A DNA stretch of 64,000 nt from Nitrospirae bacterium JdFR-81 (lineage in GTDB: Bacteria > Nitrospirota > Thermodesulfovibrionia > UBA6902): assembly GCA_002011735.1 (NCBI GenBank), contig MTOQ01000058.1, positions 91-64,090 on the forward strand, given 5' to 3'. A model generated the notes under the pieces. That model was not told where the DNA came from. It saw nothing but the letters and a program-made list of their open reading frames with translations, and did no database searches. This document shows, piece by piece, positions 9,820 through 20,891 of the stretch. The number at the start of each line of letters is the position of its first letter. Position 1 is the stretch's first letter. The translations under genes and the position numbers were made by a program.

Positions 9820-10818
9820 ATGAAGAGGTATCCATGGGTGTTGATCCTCATCCTTACCTTCCTGACCGCAGCCGAGGCCCACGCCTTTAGGATGGTCAAG
9901 GTCGACGGCTCTTCAACGGTCTATCCCATAACCGAGGCGGTCTCTGAGGAGTTCCTGGCTGCTAAAAGGGGGAGGATAAGGGTGATGGTTGGCATCTCGG
10001 GCACAGGCGGAGGCTTTAAGAAGTTCTGCAGGGGGGAGATCGACATCAGTGACGCCTCAAGGCCCATAAAGCCATCAGAGGTAAGGCTATGTAAGGAGAA
10101 TGGCATAGGGTATATAGAGCTCCCCATCGCATATGATGGCATAGCCATAGTTGTAAACCCTGCCAATAACTGGGTCGACTATATGACCGTAGAGGAGCTG
10201 AAGAGGCTCTGGGAGCCAGGGGCCCAGGGGAGGGTCACAAGGTGGAGCCAGGTGAGAAAGGGATGGCCTGACAAGGAGATCCACCTCTTTGGTGCCGGTG
10301 TAGACTCAGGGACATACGACTATTTCACAAAGGCCATAGTTGGAAAGGAGGGTGCAAGCAGGGGGGACTTTACCGCGAGCGAGGATGATAATGTCCTCGT
10401 CCAGGGCATAGCCACCGATAAATTTGCGCTCGGCTTCTTCGGCCTTGCCTATTACGAGGAGAACAGGGACAAGCTGAGGCTCATACCCATTGATGATGGA
10501 GACGACTCAAATGGTAAGGGGCCGATCCTCCCCTCACTTGAGACCGTCAGGGATGGCACCTATCAGCCACTCTCACGACCGATATTTATATATGTAAACA
10601 GGGCCTCTGCTGATAGACCAGAGGTGAAGGAGTTCGTGGAGTTCTATATAGAGAACGCAGGCTGGCTCTCGAAGGAGGTGGGCTATATTCCACTGCCTGA
10701 GAAGGCCTATGGGCTCGTCTTGAAGAGGTTTCGGAATCGGATAACAGGCTCTATATTTGCCGGTGAGGGTTCAAAGATAGGGGTCAGGATAGAAGACCTA
10801 CTCCAGAAGGAGAGGTAG
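9820..10818 (+). CDS. pstS: Phosphate ABC transporter substrate-binding protein
   Basis: It carries a signal peptide and PstS-family signatures ([22 protein letters not shown]). Confidence 0.9.
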   Translation: MKRYPWVLILILTFLTAAEAHAFRMVKVDGSSTVYPITEAVSEEFLAAKRGRIRVMVGISGTGGGFKKFCRGEIDISDASRPIKPSEVRLCKENGIGYIELPIAYDGIAIVVNPANNWVDYMTVEELKRLWEPGAQGRVTRWSQVRKGWPDKEIHLFGAGVDSGTYDYFTKAIVGKEGASRGDFTASEDDNVLVQGIATDKFALGFFGLAYYEENRDKLRLIPIDDGDDSNGKGPILPSLETVRDGTYQPLSRPIFIYVNRASADRPEVKEFVEFYIENAGWLSKEVGYIPLPEKAYGLVLKRFRNRITGSIFAGEGSKIGVRIEDLLQKER

Positions 10819-11718
10819 GTGCCCTCTGTCTCAGGGATAGCCCGCAGAAGGAATGAGATGATCATAGAGGGCCTGCTATTCATGAGCGCCCTCTCATCCA
10901 TCCTGATCACCGCAGGCATCATAGCCATCCTTGTGTTCGAGACTATAGAGTTCTTCAAGGTTGTGCCCCTCAAGGACTTCCTCACAGACACCCAGTGGAC
11001 ACCACTCTTTGTAAACAAACACTACGGGATCCTCACCCTCTTTGCAGGGACATTCCTCACCACATTCTTTGCCATGATAGTGGCACTGCCTGTTGGCCTT
11101 ATAAGTGCCATATACCTCAGCGAATATGCGCCTGCATGGCTGAGGTCTATCATAAAGCCTGGCCTCGAGGTGCTCGCAGCGATACCCTCGGTGGTGTATG
11201 GATACTTTGCCCTGCTCTTTGTCACGCCTCTGCTCCAGAGGTTCATCCCCCATCTATCAGGCTTTAACTCCATATCCCCAGGGATAGTGATGGGTGTCAT
11301 GATAATCCCCATAGTCTCCTCCTTGAGTGAGGACGCCCTCCATGCGGTCCCGATCAGTCTCAGAGAGGGTGCACTGGCACTTGGTGCCACAAGGTTTCAG
11401 GTTGCCACAAGGGTGGTCCTTCCTGCAGCACTATCAGGTGTTGCCTCATCGTTTATCCTTGGCATCTCAAGGGCGATAGGTGAGACCATGGTCGTTGCCA
11501 TCGCTGCAGGACAGCAACCACGCCTCACCCTCAATCCCCTTGTGCCCATAGAGACCGTGACCGCCTATATAGTGCAGGTAAGCCTTGGTGACACGCCCAC
11601 AGGCACACTCGAATACAAGACCATATTCGCAGCAGGCATGAGCCTCTTCGTTGTGACCTTTGTATTCAATATATTCAGTTATATACTGAAGAAGAGGTTC
11701 AGGGAAGAGTATGAGTGA
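10819..11718 (+). CDS. pstC: Phosphate ABC transporter permease PstC
   Basis: A 6-TM permease with the EAA-like loop (ALGATRFQV), sitting after pstS. Confidence 0.85.
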   Translation: MPSVSGIARRRNEMIIEGLLFMSALSSILITAGIIAILVFETIEFFKVVPLKDFLTDTQWTPLFVNKHYGILTLFAGTFLTTFFAMIVALPVGLISAIYLSEYAPAWLRSIIKPGLEVLAAIPSVVYGYFALLFVTPLLQRFIPHLSGFNSISPGIVMGVMIIPIVSSLSEDALHAVPISLREGALALGATRFQVATRVVLPAALSGVASSFILGISRAIGETMVVAIAAGQQPRLTLNPLVPIETVTAYIVQVSLGDTPTGTLEYKTIFAAGMSLFVVTFVFNIFSYILKKRFREEYE

Positions 11719-11740
11719 TTTGACGATTGATTAATGAGCA

Positions 11741-12649
11741 ATGGACAGAAAGGTTAACAGGCACAGGCTGAACATCCTCCTTGACAGGGCCTTCTCGGTG
11801 GTCGGTCTTTTTATGACCATCTTTGGCATAGGTGTGCTTGTTGTCCTCCTGGTGGATACATTTTTGGATGCGCTGCCGAGGCTTGACTGGCAGTTCCTGA
11901 CAGGTTTCCCTTCAAGGAGGCCTGAAAGGGCAGGGGCCCTCTCTGCATGGGTAGGGACGCTGGTGGTGATGGTCGTAACCATCATCCTTGCATTCCCCCT
12001 CGGGGTTGCTGCTGCAACATACCTTGAGGAGTTCTCAAGGAAGAACAGGCTGACAGAATTCATAGAGATCAATATCGCAAACCTCGCCGCGGTCCCTTCG
12101 ATCATCTATGGCCTCCTGGGGCTTGAGGTGTTTGTCAGGGCGATGAGGCTTGAGAGGAGCATCATCTCAGGCGCCCTGACACTCGCCATCCTCATCCTTC
12201 CACTCATTATAGTGGCAACAAGGGAGGCATTGAGGGCGATTCCCCAGACCATAAGAGAGGCCTCCTACGCACTCGGGGCGACAAGGTGGCAGACCGTAAG
12301 GAACCAGATACTTCCTGCCGCGATGCCTGCAATCCTCACTGGCACCATACTCGCTGTATCAAGGGCGATAGGTGAGGCAGCACCACTGATAATGATCGGT
12401 GCACTGACGTATGTGGCATTCCTGCCATCAAGCCCTGTAACACCTGACTTTCCCTTCCTCAGTTTCAGGTGGCTGCTCGACCCATTCACGGTCCTGCCCA
12501 TCCAGATATTCAACTGGGTATCACGACCCCAGCATGGCTTCTTCACCAACGCAGCGGCTGGCATAATATTGCTTCTTGTTATAGTATTTATATTAAATGG
12601 GATATCAGCCTATATAAGGCATAGGTATGAAAAGAGGATGAGGTGGTAG
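11741..12649 (+). CDS. pstA: Phosphate ABC transporter permease PstA
   Basis: A permease with the EASYALGATRWQTV motif. Confidence 0.85.
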   Translation: MDRKVNRHRLNILLDRAFSVVGLFMTIFGIGVLVVLLVDTFLDALPRLDWQFLTGFPSRRPERAGALSAWVGTLVVMVVTIILAFPLGVAAATYLEEFSRKNRLTEFIEINIANLAAVPSIIYGLLGLEVFVRAMRLERSIISGALTLAILILPLIIVATREALRAIPQTIREASYALGATRWQTVRNQILPAAMPAILTGTILAVSRAIGEAAPLIMIGALTYVAFLPSSPVTPDFPFLSFRWLLDPFTVLPIQIFNWVSRPQHGFFTNAAAGIILLLVIVFILNGISAYIRHRYEKRMRW

Positions 12650-12652
12650 GCC

Positions 12653-13408
12653 ATGGATGTTGCCTTAAGGGTTGAAGGATTGAATGTATTTTATGATGAC
12701 AAGAGGGTATTGAAAGACATCACCATGGAGATACCACGGAATACCGTTACGGCGGTAATAGGGCCATCAGGCTGTGGCAAGAGCACATTTATCAGGTGTC
12801 TGAACAGGATGAACGACCTCATCCCCCGTTTCAGACTCACAGGGAGGGTCATTTATAAGGACAGGGACATCTATTCAAATGGGGTCGATATCATCACCCT
12901 GAGGAGGCAGATAGGGATGGTCTTTCAAAAGCCGAACCCCTTCCCAAAGAGTATATATGAGAATATAGCCTATGGCCTCAGGATACAGGGTGTGAAGGAC
13001 AAGAGGAGGATAGACCAGGTTGTGGAGGAGAGTCTCAGGAAGGCGGCCCTCTGGGATGAGGTGAAGGATCACCTGAATTCATCTGCCCTTTCACTCTCAG
13101 GGGGACAGCAACAGAGACTCTGTATAGCAAGGGCACTGGCCGTTGAGCCTGAGATAATACTCTTTGATGAGCCATGCTCGGCCCTTGATCCGATCGCCAC
13201 CGCAAAGATAGAGGATCTGATCATGGACCTGAAGAATACATATACAGTGGTCATCGTCACCCATAACATGCAGCAGGCCGCGAGGGTCTCGGAGTATACT
13301 GCTTTCCTTTATCTTGGAGAGCTGATAGAATATGATAAGACGGAAAAGATATTTACAAATCCATCACAGAGACTGACAGAGGAGTACATAACAGGGAGAT
13401 TCGGCTGA
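12653..13408 (+). CDS. pstB: Phosphate ABC transporter ATP-binding protein
   Basis: Walker A (GPSGCGKST), the ABC signature (LSGGQQQRL) and Walker B are all present. Confidence 0.9.
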   Translation: MDVALRVEGLNVFYDDKRVLKDITMEIPRNTVTAVIGPSGCGKSTFIRCLNRMNDLIPRFRLTGRVIYKDRDIYSNGVDIITLRRQIGMVFQKPNPFPKSIYENIAYGLRIQGVKDKRRIDQVVEESLRKAALWDEVKDHLNSSALSLSGGQQQRLCIARALAVEPEIILFDEPCSALDPIATAKIEDLIMDLKNTYTVVIVTHNMQQAARVSEYTAFLYLGELIEYDKTEKIFTNPSQRLTEEYITGRFG

Positions 13409-14079
13409 TGTCTGTATTTGACAACGAATTGAGGAATCTGAAGGAGAGGATACTCAGGATGGGTGTGTTGGTTGAGTCAGCCATAAGGGACTCTATAAGG
13501 TCGCTGGTGGAGAGGGACAATGATCTTGCCAGAGAGGTCATAAGAAGGGACCACCAGATAAACGCCCTTGATGTGGAGATAGACGAGGAGTGCATAAGGC
13601 TCATCGCCCTAAGACAGCCAAAGGCAGGAGACCTCAGGTTTATAACAACCGCTATGAAGATAACCACTGACCTTGAGAGGATGGGAGACCTTGCAGAGGA
13701 TATATGCGAGAGGGCCCTTGAGCTCAATGAAGAGCCTCCGCTCAAGCCTTATATTGATATACCGAGGATGGCAGAGATCGCACAGGGCATGCTTATAGAT
13801 GTGCTGGACGCCTTTGTGAGGAAGGAATCCTCCATAGCCTATGATGTCATAACCAGGGACGACGAGGTGGACAACCTCACCGTCCAGATATTCAATGAAC
13901 TCATGTTCTTTATGGTCCAGGACCCAAAGACCATCTCAAGGGCGATCAAGATCACCTATGTCTCAAAATACCTGGAGCGTATCGCTGATCATGCCACAAA
14001 TATAGCGGAGATGGTAATATATATGGTTGAGGGCAAGATGGTGAGGCACCTTGAGTCTCCATCATCTGAAAAACAGTAG
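13408..14079 (+). CDS. phoU: Phosphate signalling complex protein PhoU
   Basis: A ~220 aa protein with two PhoU-like helical repeats and E..D..I.. motifs, placed after pstB. Confidence 0.85.
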   Translation: MSVFDNELRNLKERILRMGVLVESAIRDSIRSLVERDNDLAREVIRRDHQINALDVEIDEECIRLIALRQPKAGDLRFITTAMKITTDLERMGDLAEDICERALELNEEPPLKPYIDIPRMAEIAQGMLIDVLDAFVRKESSIAYDVITRDDEVDNLTVQIFNELMFFMVQDPKTISRAIKITYVSKYLERIADHATNIAEMVIYMVEGKMVRHLESPSSEKQ

Positions 14080-14796
14080 ATGAACGTCCTCATAGTGGAT
14101 GACGAACCAGATATAATCGAACTCCTCAGGTATAACCTTGTGAGGGAGGGGTTTACTGTTGATTCAGCCCTGACAGGCGACAGGGCACTAAAGAAGGTCA
14201 ACTCAGGGAACTATGACCTGATAATCCTCGATCTGATGCTCCCCGTGATCCCTGGGCTTGAATTATGCAGGATCCTCAGGAAGGATGAGAGGACACGCTC
14301 AATCCCCATCATCATGCTGACCGCAAGGACGGATGAGGCAGACAAGATAGTGGGCCTTGAGATGGGAGCAGACGACTATATTACAAAACCCTTCAGCCCG
14401 CGGGAACTGGTTGCAAGGGTAAGGGCCGTCCTCAGAAGGGTGAGGGAGGACAGCAGGGTGGCAAAGGAGATAAGGTCAGGCGACCTGTATATAAACCTCG
14501 ATGAATACAGGGTGGAGGTGAAGGGTAGGCCTGTGAGGCTCAGTGCAACAGAATTCAAGATGTTGAGGTTTCTCGCCGAAAGGAGCGGTAAGGTCTTTAA
14601 CAGGGAGCAGCTCCTTGATGCGGTCTGGGAGGGTGATGCCTTTGTCACACCAAGGACAGTGGATGTCCATATAAATCGTATAAGGAGTCAGATAGAAGAT
14701 GACCCCAAGAATCCCCGGTACATCAGGACGGTGAGGGGGGTCGGCTATTACTTCTCAGCAGAGCCTGCCTTATCATCCCCTGTCAAAGGAGAGTAA
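14080..14796 (+). CDS. phoB: OmpR-family response regulator (PhoB-like)
   Basis: A REC domain (DDEPDI...D..LMLP) joined to a winged-helix trans_reg_C domain, in the Pho cluster. Confidence 0.8.
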   Translation: MNVLIVDDEPDIIELLRYNLVREGFTVDSALTGDRALKKVNSGNYDLIILDLMLPVIPGLELCRILRKDERTRSIPIIMLTARTDEADKIVGLEMGADDYITKPFSPRELVARVRAVLRRVREDSRVAKEIRSGDLYINLDEYRVEVKGRPVRLSATEFKMLRFLAERSGKVFNREQLLDAVWEGDAFVTPRTVDVHINRIRSQIEDDPKNPRYIRTVRGVGYYFSAEPALSSPVKGE

Positions 14797-16176
14797 TTGA
14801 GACTCCAGAAGAGGATAATAATCTCCCATCTCTCCCTTACCTTTATAGTATTTGTATTCCTCTGGTTCTACTTTCCCGAGGTCCCTGTAGAGCAGTTTTT
14901 CCTGGCCTTCTTCGTAGCCCTTTGTATATCAGCCCTTATAGGGTTGCTGGTCGTAAGGCCCATCCTCAGGAGGATAGGCGAGACAGGAGATTTCTTAAGG
15001 GATGTCATCGAGAAGGGCCCATCCAAGACACTCTTCACAGAGAGGCACGATGAGATCGGTGAATTAGGCAGGATGTTAAATACAGTGCTTGAGGACATAA
15101 GGACAAAGATGGACGGACTTGTAACAGAAAAGGGTATACTCGAGACCATATTCAACACCATCCGTGACGGCATAGTGGTGATCGACAAGACCGGCATCAT
15201 TACACTTGCAAACCCCTCTGTAAAGAGGATACTTGGTATAGAGGAGGACATAAGGGGCCGTGATTACTTCGAGATACTGAGAGACCCCGCAATCCAGGAT
15301 GCGGTCAAGGAGGCACACGATACAGGCAGGACCTCTCTCAGGGAGGTGGAGCTATTCCATCCCCAGAATAAGAACCTCTACATCACCGTGACACCCATCT
15401 CAGGACTCCCTGATAGAGGAAGGTTTGTGATAGTGATACACGATATCACAAAATTGAGGCACCTCGAGACCGTAAGGAAGGACTTTGTTGCCAATGTGTC
15501 ACATGAACTGAAGACACCCATAACCGCCATAAAGGGCTTTGCCGAGACCCTCCTTGATGGTGCCCTTGAGGAGAGGGATAGCCTGAGGAGCTACCTGGAG
15601 ATAATAAAGAACCACAGCGAGAGACTGAACAACCTGGTTGAAGACCTCCTCACACTATCCAAACTGGACAGGGGAGAGATCCACCTGAAGCCCGATGATG
15701 TGAACCTCCGAGAGACCGTTGACCTGGTCTTCCTCACCCTCAAGGATAAGGCCATAGCGAAAGGCATAGGCCTGAATAATGATATCCCCCATGATTTCCC
15801 CCTCATAAGGGCCGACAGGGATAGACTGATCCAGATACTCCTCAACCTGATCGATAACTCCATTAAGTTCACAGAGAGGGGTGAGGTGAGGGTGAAGGGC
15901 AGGATTGTTGAGGCACAGGCAGGCTCAGTATGCGAATTCTCTGTAGAGGATACAGGGATAGGGATAAGTGCAAGGGATATACCGAGGCTTGGTGAGAGGT
16001 TCTACAGGGTGGACAAGGCCAGATCAAGGGAGCTTGGAGGCACAGGCCTTGGCCTTGCAATAGTGAAACACCTGGTAAGGATCCACGGATGGCAGATGAG
16101 GATAGAGAGTGACCTCGGCAAGGGCACCAGGGTGTTTATAGATATACCCTCCTCCTCTTTTTTACAAATGACTTAA
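14797..16176 (+). CDS. phoR: Sensor histidine kinase (PhoR-like: TM, PAS, HisKA, HATPase)
   Basis: An N-terminal TM segment, a PAS domain, the H-box SHELKTPITAIKGF, and N, G1 and G2 boxes. It has a TTG start and follows phoB. Confidence 0.75.
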   Translation: MRLQKRIIISHLSLTFIVFVFLWFYFPEVPVEQFFLAFFVALCISALIGLLVVRPILRRIGETGDFLRDVIEKGPSKTLFTERHDEIGELGRMLNTVLEDIRTKMDGLVTEKGILETIFNTIRDGIVVIDKTGIITLANPSVKRILGIEEDIRGRDYFEILRDPAIQDAVKEAHDTGRTSLREVELFHPQNKNLYITVTPISGLPDRGRFVIVIHDITKLRHLETVRKDFVANVSHELKTPITAIKGFAETLLDGALEERDSLRSYLEIIKNHSERLNNLVEDLLTLSKLDRGEIHLKPDDVNLRETVDLVFLTLKDKAIAKGIGLNNDIPHDFPLIRADRDRLIQILLNLIDNSIKFTERGEVRVKGRIVEAQAGSVCEFSVEDTGIGISARDIPRLGERFYRVDKARSRELGGTGLGLAIVKHLVRIHGWQMRIESDLGKGTRVFIDIPSSSFLQMT

Positions 16177-16810
16177 CCATTAAAAGCCCGAAGATGAACC
16201 CGCCTATATGGGCAAACCATGCCACCCCTCCCTGACCCATGAACCCCTTGGAGAGTATTCCATTTATAAACTGGATCACAACCCATAACCCTATCACAAA
16301 GAACGCAGGCAGCCTCACCACCTGTATGAAGAAACCGAGGAAGATAAGGGTGTAGACCCTGGCATGGGGGAAGAGCAGGAGATATGCACCAAGTATACCT
16401 GACACCGCACCGCTTGCACCAACCATCGGTATCATCGAACCTGGCTCTGTAATGGCGTGGGCGTATGCAGCAACCACGCCACAGAGGAGATAGAAGATCA
16501 CAAACCTGATATGGCCGAGCCTATCCTCTATATTGTTCCCAAATATCCATAGATAGAGCATATTAATGCCAAGATGGAGGAGCCCGCCATGCATGAACAT
16601 GGATGTAAATATGGTGAGGAATGGATGTATAGGCTGGATATCCTTAAATGTAAGGATGAGACGGGGTATCGCACCATATGAATAGACGATCCTCCTGAGA
16701 TCAACAGGCGAACTCATCTGCCACAGGAATACGATGATATTCAGCGTAATGATACCAATGGTAAAGATTGGAAAGGTGCGGGTCGGATTGTCATCCTTAA
16801 AAGGGATCAT
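16136..16810 (-). CDS. Rhomboid-family intramembrane serine protease
   Basis: Six TM segments, the GASGAVSG catalytic Ser motif and the AHIGGF catalytic His motif. Confidence 0.8.
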   Translation of the reverse strand: MIPFKDDNPTRTFPIFTIGIITLNIIVFLWQMSSPVDLRRIVYSYGAIPRLILTFKDIQPIHPFLTIFTSMFMHGGLLHLGINMLYLWIFGNNIEDRLGHIRFVIFYLLCGVVAAYAHAITEPGSMIPMVGASGAVSGILGAYLLLFPHARVYTLIFLGFFIQVVRLPAFFVIGLWVVIQFINGILSKGFMGQGGVAWFAHIGGFIFGLLMVKSFVKKRRRVYL

Positions 16811-17268
16811 CTAAGGGCTTTCCTTATTTTATTTATATCCTCCTCTGACACCACCTCTATACCTGCCCTTGAAAGGACGGCAGTGGTGATGCCCACACCC
16901 CTGACCCTCCTTCTGCCCCTTTTTATGTATGTAGAGCCACAGGAGGGGCTACCATCCTTGAGGATTGCCTTCTTGATCTTGAGCAGGGAGGCCATCCTTA
17001 AGACCTCTTCGGCACCCTTTAAGAGATTATCTGTGTAATCAGTGCCTGTCTCCTTCCCGATCGCCCTTGCCCTTCTATCCAAGACAGAGCCACCATCCCC
17101 GCCGCTTATCTCTATGGCCTCTCGGGGTGTTGGAAGCCCCCCAAGCTGTTCAGGACACAGGGGTATTGCGTTTCCTCTTATAACAAGCTCCTGAACCCCT
17201 CTGTTACAGCAGTCCTTCCCATCATATCTCGTCCTTAGACCAGCAAGACAGGCACTCACGATATACAC
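16807..17268 (-). CDS. DUF523 (TudS-like) [4Fe-4S] protein
   Basis: VSACLAGLRTRYDG, CPEQLGGLPTPRE and DGSPSCGS are hallmark motifs of the DUF523 family. Confidence 0.6.
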   Translation of the reverse strand: MYIVSACLAGLRTRYDGKDCCNRGVQELVIRGNAIPLCPEQLGGLPTPREAIEISGGDGGSVLDRRARAIGKETGTDYTDNLLKGAEEVLRMASLLKIKKAILKDGSPSCGSTYIKRGRRRVRGVGITTAVLSRAGIEVVSEEDINKIRKALR

Positions 17269-17391
17269 ATTTATATACTATCACTTCCCTTCTGGTTAAA
17301 TAAAGGAAAAGGGGTTTTTATGGTGGTAATGTTGACACGCCTCTCTTATATGTGATAGGCTTTCATTATTAGGTGAAAGGGGTTATTCTCA

Positions 17392-19398
17392 TTGGATAAA
17401 TCCACAGTAATAAAGACCACCGAGAAATACATCTCCAAAGGCCAGATCGACCTCGCCATAGCGGAGTGGGAGAAGTTTCTATCCGAGAAGAAGGACGGGA
17501 ACGTCTATAACCTGGTAGGGGATCTGTATTTAAGAAAGAACGACAGGAAGAAGGCGATCGAGTCATTCAAAAAGGCGGCCGAGATATTCAAAGATGACGG
17601 ATTCATCCTCAAGGCAATAGCCCTCTACAAAAAGATACTCAACATCTCTCCAAAGGAGGTTGATGTCATCCTCGCCCTTGCGGAGCTTAACAGGGAGAAG
17701 GGGCTGACGGCCGATGCTATAGAGAATATGATCCAGGCTGCTGATATATATACCGGTGAGGGGAAGACAGAAAAGGCCATAGAGATTTACCAGAGGGCCC
17801 TTGAGCTTGCTCCACAGAGGGTCACCCTCAAGCAAAAGATAATAGAGCTGTACCTGAAGACAGGGCTCTATGGCGAGGCAGTAAAGCAATACCTGGAGCT
17901 TGCCAGTGAGTATCTCTCAAGGGGTGACCTGGAGAAGGCCAAGGGATACTTCCTCAACGCCATAGAGACAGACAAGCAGAACATCCCTGCACTGTTGGGT
18001 CTGAGTGAGATAGCCGAAAGGAACAATGACCTTGATGAGGCGATAGTGTATATGAAGAATGCCCTGAATATAGCGCCTGATGATGACAAGGTCTCACTCC
18101 GCTATGCAGAATTACTGATAAAGAAGGGTGCGATCGATGAGGCGAGGGATACACTGGAGAGGATGCTCAAGCTCCACCCCTTCAATATAGATGCAAAGAG
18201 ACTACTTGGCAATCTCTATCTCAAAGAGGGCGACAGGGAGAAGGCGTGGGAGGAGTTAAAACCTGTTGTTGATGACTACCTGCTTAAGGAGAGGTGGACC
18301 GATGCCGCGGGTGTGCTCGAGGAGTTCAAGGAGCTGGACTCCCCTGATATAAGGCACAGGCTCGCCCGTCTTTATAAGGGCACAGGAGAGAAGGATAAGG
18401 CGATAGCCATACTCAAGGAGCTTGCCAAGGAGTATGAAGATGAGGGGAAGGAGGAAGAGGCAGGGGCGTTTTACAGGGAGATAATAGAGCTGGACCCTGA
18501 AGACCAGACCGCCCGCGAGAAGTTAAAAGAGGCAGGTGCTGTTCAGGAGGTTGTCGAAGAGGAGGTAGAGGTCATAAAGGAAGAAGGGGTTGAGGAGGAG
18601 GTGAGCAAGGGGGTTGAGGGACTCACCCCTGAGGAGTTTGAGACAAGGAAGGCAGAGGCAGAATTTTATGAGCAGTATGGGTTTAAGGATGAGGCTATAA
18701 AGCTGTACGAGGCACTCCTGAAGTTTGCCCCTGACAATAAGGAGATAAAAAAGAAGCTCCAGGAACTGAGGCAGATGACAGCACCCGCCAAGGAGGAGGC
18801 CACGCCTGTTGAAGAGCCACCTGTTGAGGAGGCCCCAGCAGGTGTGCCTGAGCCAGAGGCAGAGGAAGAGACACCTGGTGTCAGGGACGAGAAGATAACC
18901 CTGACCGCTGACAAGGACAGCAGCCTCAGGGATGTGATCCTGGAGTTCAAGAAGGGGATAGAGAAGGAGGTGGATGCCGAGGATGCCGAGACCCATTATA
19001 ACCTCGGCATAGGATACAAGGAGATGGGGCTCGTGGATGAGGCCATAAAGGAGTTCCTCCTGGCCTCAAAGGACCATTCGAAGACAAGACAGAGCATGGT
19101 CATGATAGCACTCTGCCACCTTGACAAGGGCCTTTATGAGTCTGCAATAAATGTACTGAACAGGGTGAAAGAGTCCATGTCTCCCTCTGATGAAGGGTAT
19201 CTTGATGTCCTGTATGAGCTTGCAAATGCCTATTTAAAGAACAATGACCATGACAATGCCCTATCACTCTTTAAGGAGATACAGGCCCAGGATGCCCAAT
19301 TCAGGGATGTGACAAAGAAGATCGAATTGGTGGAGAGCCTTATATCTGCAGGCAAGGGGAAACCAAGGAAGAGAAAGGACAGGGTATCCTACATCTAA
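17392..19398 (+). CDS. TPR-repeat protein with an acidic low-complexity central region
   Basis: Multiple TPR-like repeats surround an E/V/P-rich tract (EEVVEEEVEV..PVEEPPVEEAP). Confidence 0.7.
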   Translation: MDKSTVIKTTEKYISKGQIDLAIAEWEKFLSEKKDGNVYNLVGDLYLRKNDRKKAIESFKKAAEIFKDDGFILKAIALYKKILNISPKEVDVILALAELNREKGLTADAIENMIQAADIYTGEGKTEKAIEIYQRALELAPQRVTLKQKIIELYLKTGLYGEAVKQYLELASEYLSRGDLEKAKGYFLNAIETDKQNIPALLGLSEIAERNNDLDEAIVYMKNALNIAPDDDKVSLRYAELLIKKGAIDEARDTLERMLKLHPFNIDAKRLLGNLYLKEGDREKAWEELKPVVDDYLLKERWTDAAGVLEEFKELDSPDIRHRLARLYKGTGEKDKAIAILKELAKEYEDEGKEEEAGAFYREIIELDPEDQTAREKLKEAGAVQEVVEEEVEVIKEEGVEEEVSKGVEGLTPEEFETRKAEAEFYEQYGFKDEAIKLYEALLKFAPDNKEIKKKLQELRQMTAPAKEEATPVEEPPVEEAPAGVPEPEAEEETPGVRDEKITLTADKDSSLRDVILEFKKGIEKEVDAEDAETHYNLGIGYKEMGLVDEAIKEFLLASKDHSKTRQSMVMIALCHLDKGLYESAINVLNRVKESMSPSDEGYLDVLYELANAYLKNNDHDNALSLFKEIQAQDAQFRDVTKKIELVESLISAGKGKPRKRKDRVSYI

Positions 19399-19401
19399 CC
19401 A

Positions 19402-20223
19402 ATGGACTATCTCGAGTTTTATAGATTAAAGGAACATCCCTTCTCAAACGCTGTAGACAACAGGTTCTACTACAACAGCAAACAGCACGCCGAGACCCTG
19501 GTGAGGCTCAAATATGCAGTGGACACCATGAAGGGCCTTGCGGTGGTGGTCGGCGACATAGGCACGGGCAAGACCACACTTGCAAGGAGGATGCTTGATG
19601 AGCTTGATGAGGAGAGATACGAGGCTGCCCTCCTTGTGGTACTCCATTCCTCTGTTACAGCGGAGTGGCTCATGAAGAAGATCGCCATCCAGATAGGGGT
19701 GAAAGAGCCGGGGGAGACCAAGGTAGAGGTCCTTGGACGGCTCTATGAGAGGTTGATCAACATACACGAATCAGGGATGAAGGCGGTGGTGCTTATTGAT
19801 GAGGCCCAGATGCTCCGTTCAAAGGAGATAATGGAGGAGTTCAGGGGCCTCCTTAATATGGAGGTCCCTGAAGGGAAGCTCATAACCCTCGTCTTCTTCG
19901 GCCTGCCTGAACTGGACGAACTGCTCAGGCTGGATGAGCCATTGAGGCAGAGGATTGCTGTCAGATGCCGTCTGACCGCCCTTGAAGAGGACCTGACAAA
20001 GGAGTATATAAGACACAGATTGAAGGTAGCAGGCCGTGACGATGAGATATTCATGCCTGATACCATCGGGCTCATCCACCGTTACTCCAAGGGTATACCG
20101 AGACTCATCAATACCATCTGTGATAATGCGCTTCTTGAGGGGTTCCTCATAAAGGAGAACACCATAAACGCTGATATCATCGAGTCTGTTGCGATCACGC
20201 TTGGGCTGAAGTCAGTGGAGTAG
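19402..20223 (+). CDS. ExeA/GspA-like AAA ATPase
   Basis: Walker A (GDIGTGKTTL) and Walker B (VVLIDEAQ) motifs with the ExeA-type overall layout. Confidence 0.7.
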   Translation: MDYLEFYRLKEHPFSNAVDNRFYYNSKQHAETLVRLKYAVDTMKGLAVVVGDIGTGKTTLARRMLDELDEERYEAALLVVLHSSVTAEWLMKKIAIQIGVKEPGETKVEVLGRLYERLINIHESGMKAVVLIDEAQMLRSKEIMEEFRGLLNMEVPEGKLITLVFFGLPELDELLRLDEPLRQRIAVRCRLTALEEDLTKEYIRHRLKVAGRDDEIFMPDTIGLIHRYSKGIPRLINTICDNALLEGFLIKENTINADIIESVAITLGLKSVE

Positions 20224-20228
20224 CCTCT

Positions 20229-20891
20229 CTAAAAAGCCCTGAACTCCTCTGCACCCAGCACAGGGTTTAATCTCAACACCTCCACCTTCACAAGGAATCT
20301 ATATCTGTCTGTCTTTATCTCCATGAATGAGGGATACCAGAAATCACCCTCCCTCTCTGGCCTTTGATAGGTTATATAAAGGGCTCTCCCGCCTACCTGT
20401 AGAGACTGCCTCAGGGGCAGGAGCGTCTCTTTATCAATACATATCTCCCTCCCCGCATCCCTGATCACATACACATCATCCCCCCTGTACATCTCTCCTC
20501 CCTGCACACCATCCCACCAGAAGACCACATTATAAAGTTCCTCTATAAATGGCCTCCATTCCTCCCCCACCCTTCCATAGAGCACATAAACATCATCCCC
20601 CTTGACGACCACATCCACTGTGAGCATCCCGAGGTTATAAACCCTCACATGTGCCATTCTGGGCCTCTTTATCAGAACAGAGGCCCTGCTATGGTAGAGT
20701 GGCCTCCCATCCCTCTCCACATCAATAACAACCACTGTCTTGACGGCGTCAACCCACCTTCCTGCCTCTGAGAGGACCTCACTGAGCGTAAGGTCCATGC
20801 CACCATAGATAGGGGGAGGTATGTGTCTGGGTGCACAACCCAGAAGGAGTATGAGGACACTAAAAAAATAGAATCTGAAGGGCCTCTTCAA
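20229..20891 (-). CDS. Hypothetical lipoprotein
   Basis: A signal peptide with an LLGC lipobox. Confidence 0.4.
   Translation of the reverse strand: MKRPFRFYFFSVLILLLGCAPRHIPPPIYGGMDLTLSEVLSEAGRWVDAVKTVVVIDVERDGRPLYHSRASVLIKRPRMAHVRVYNLGMLTVDVVVKGDDVYVLYGRVGEEWRPFIEELYNVVFWWDGVQGGEMYRGDDVYVIRDAGREICIDKETLLPLRQSLQVGGRALYITYQRPEREGDFWYPSFMEIKTDRYRFLVKVEVLRLNPVLGAEEFRAF

Noticed and set aside
9921-10284. Minus-strand ORFs inside pstS
   Set aside because: They are antisense shadows. The pstS frame has clear family motifs and a Pho-box promoter.
18523-18996. Minus-strand ORFs inside the TPR gene
   Set aside because: They are antisense to a well-supported TPR coding frame and have no RBS or motifs.
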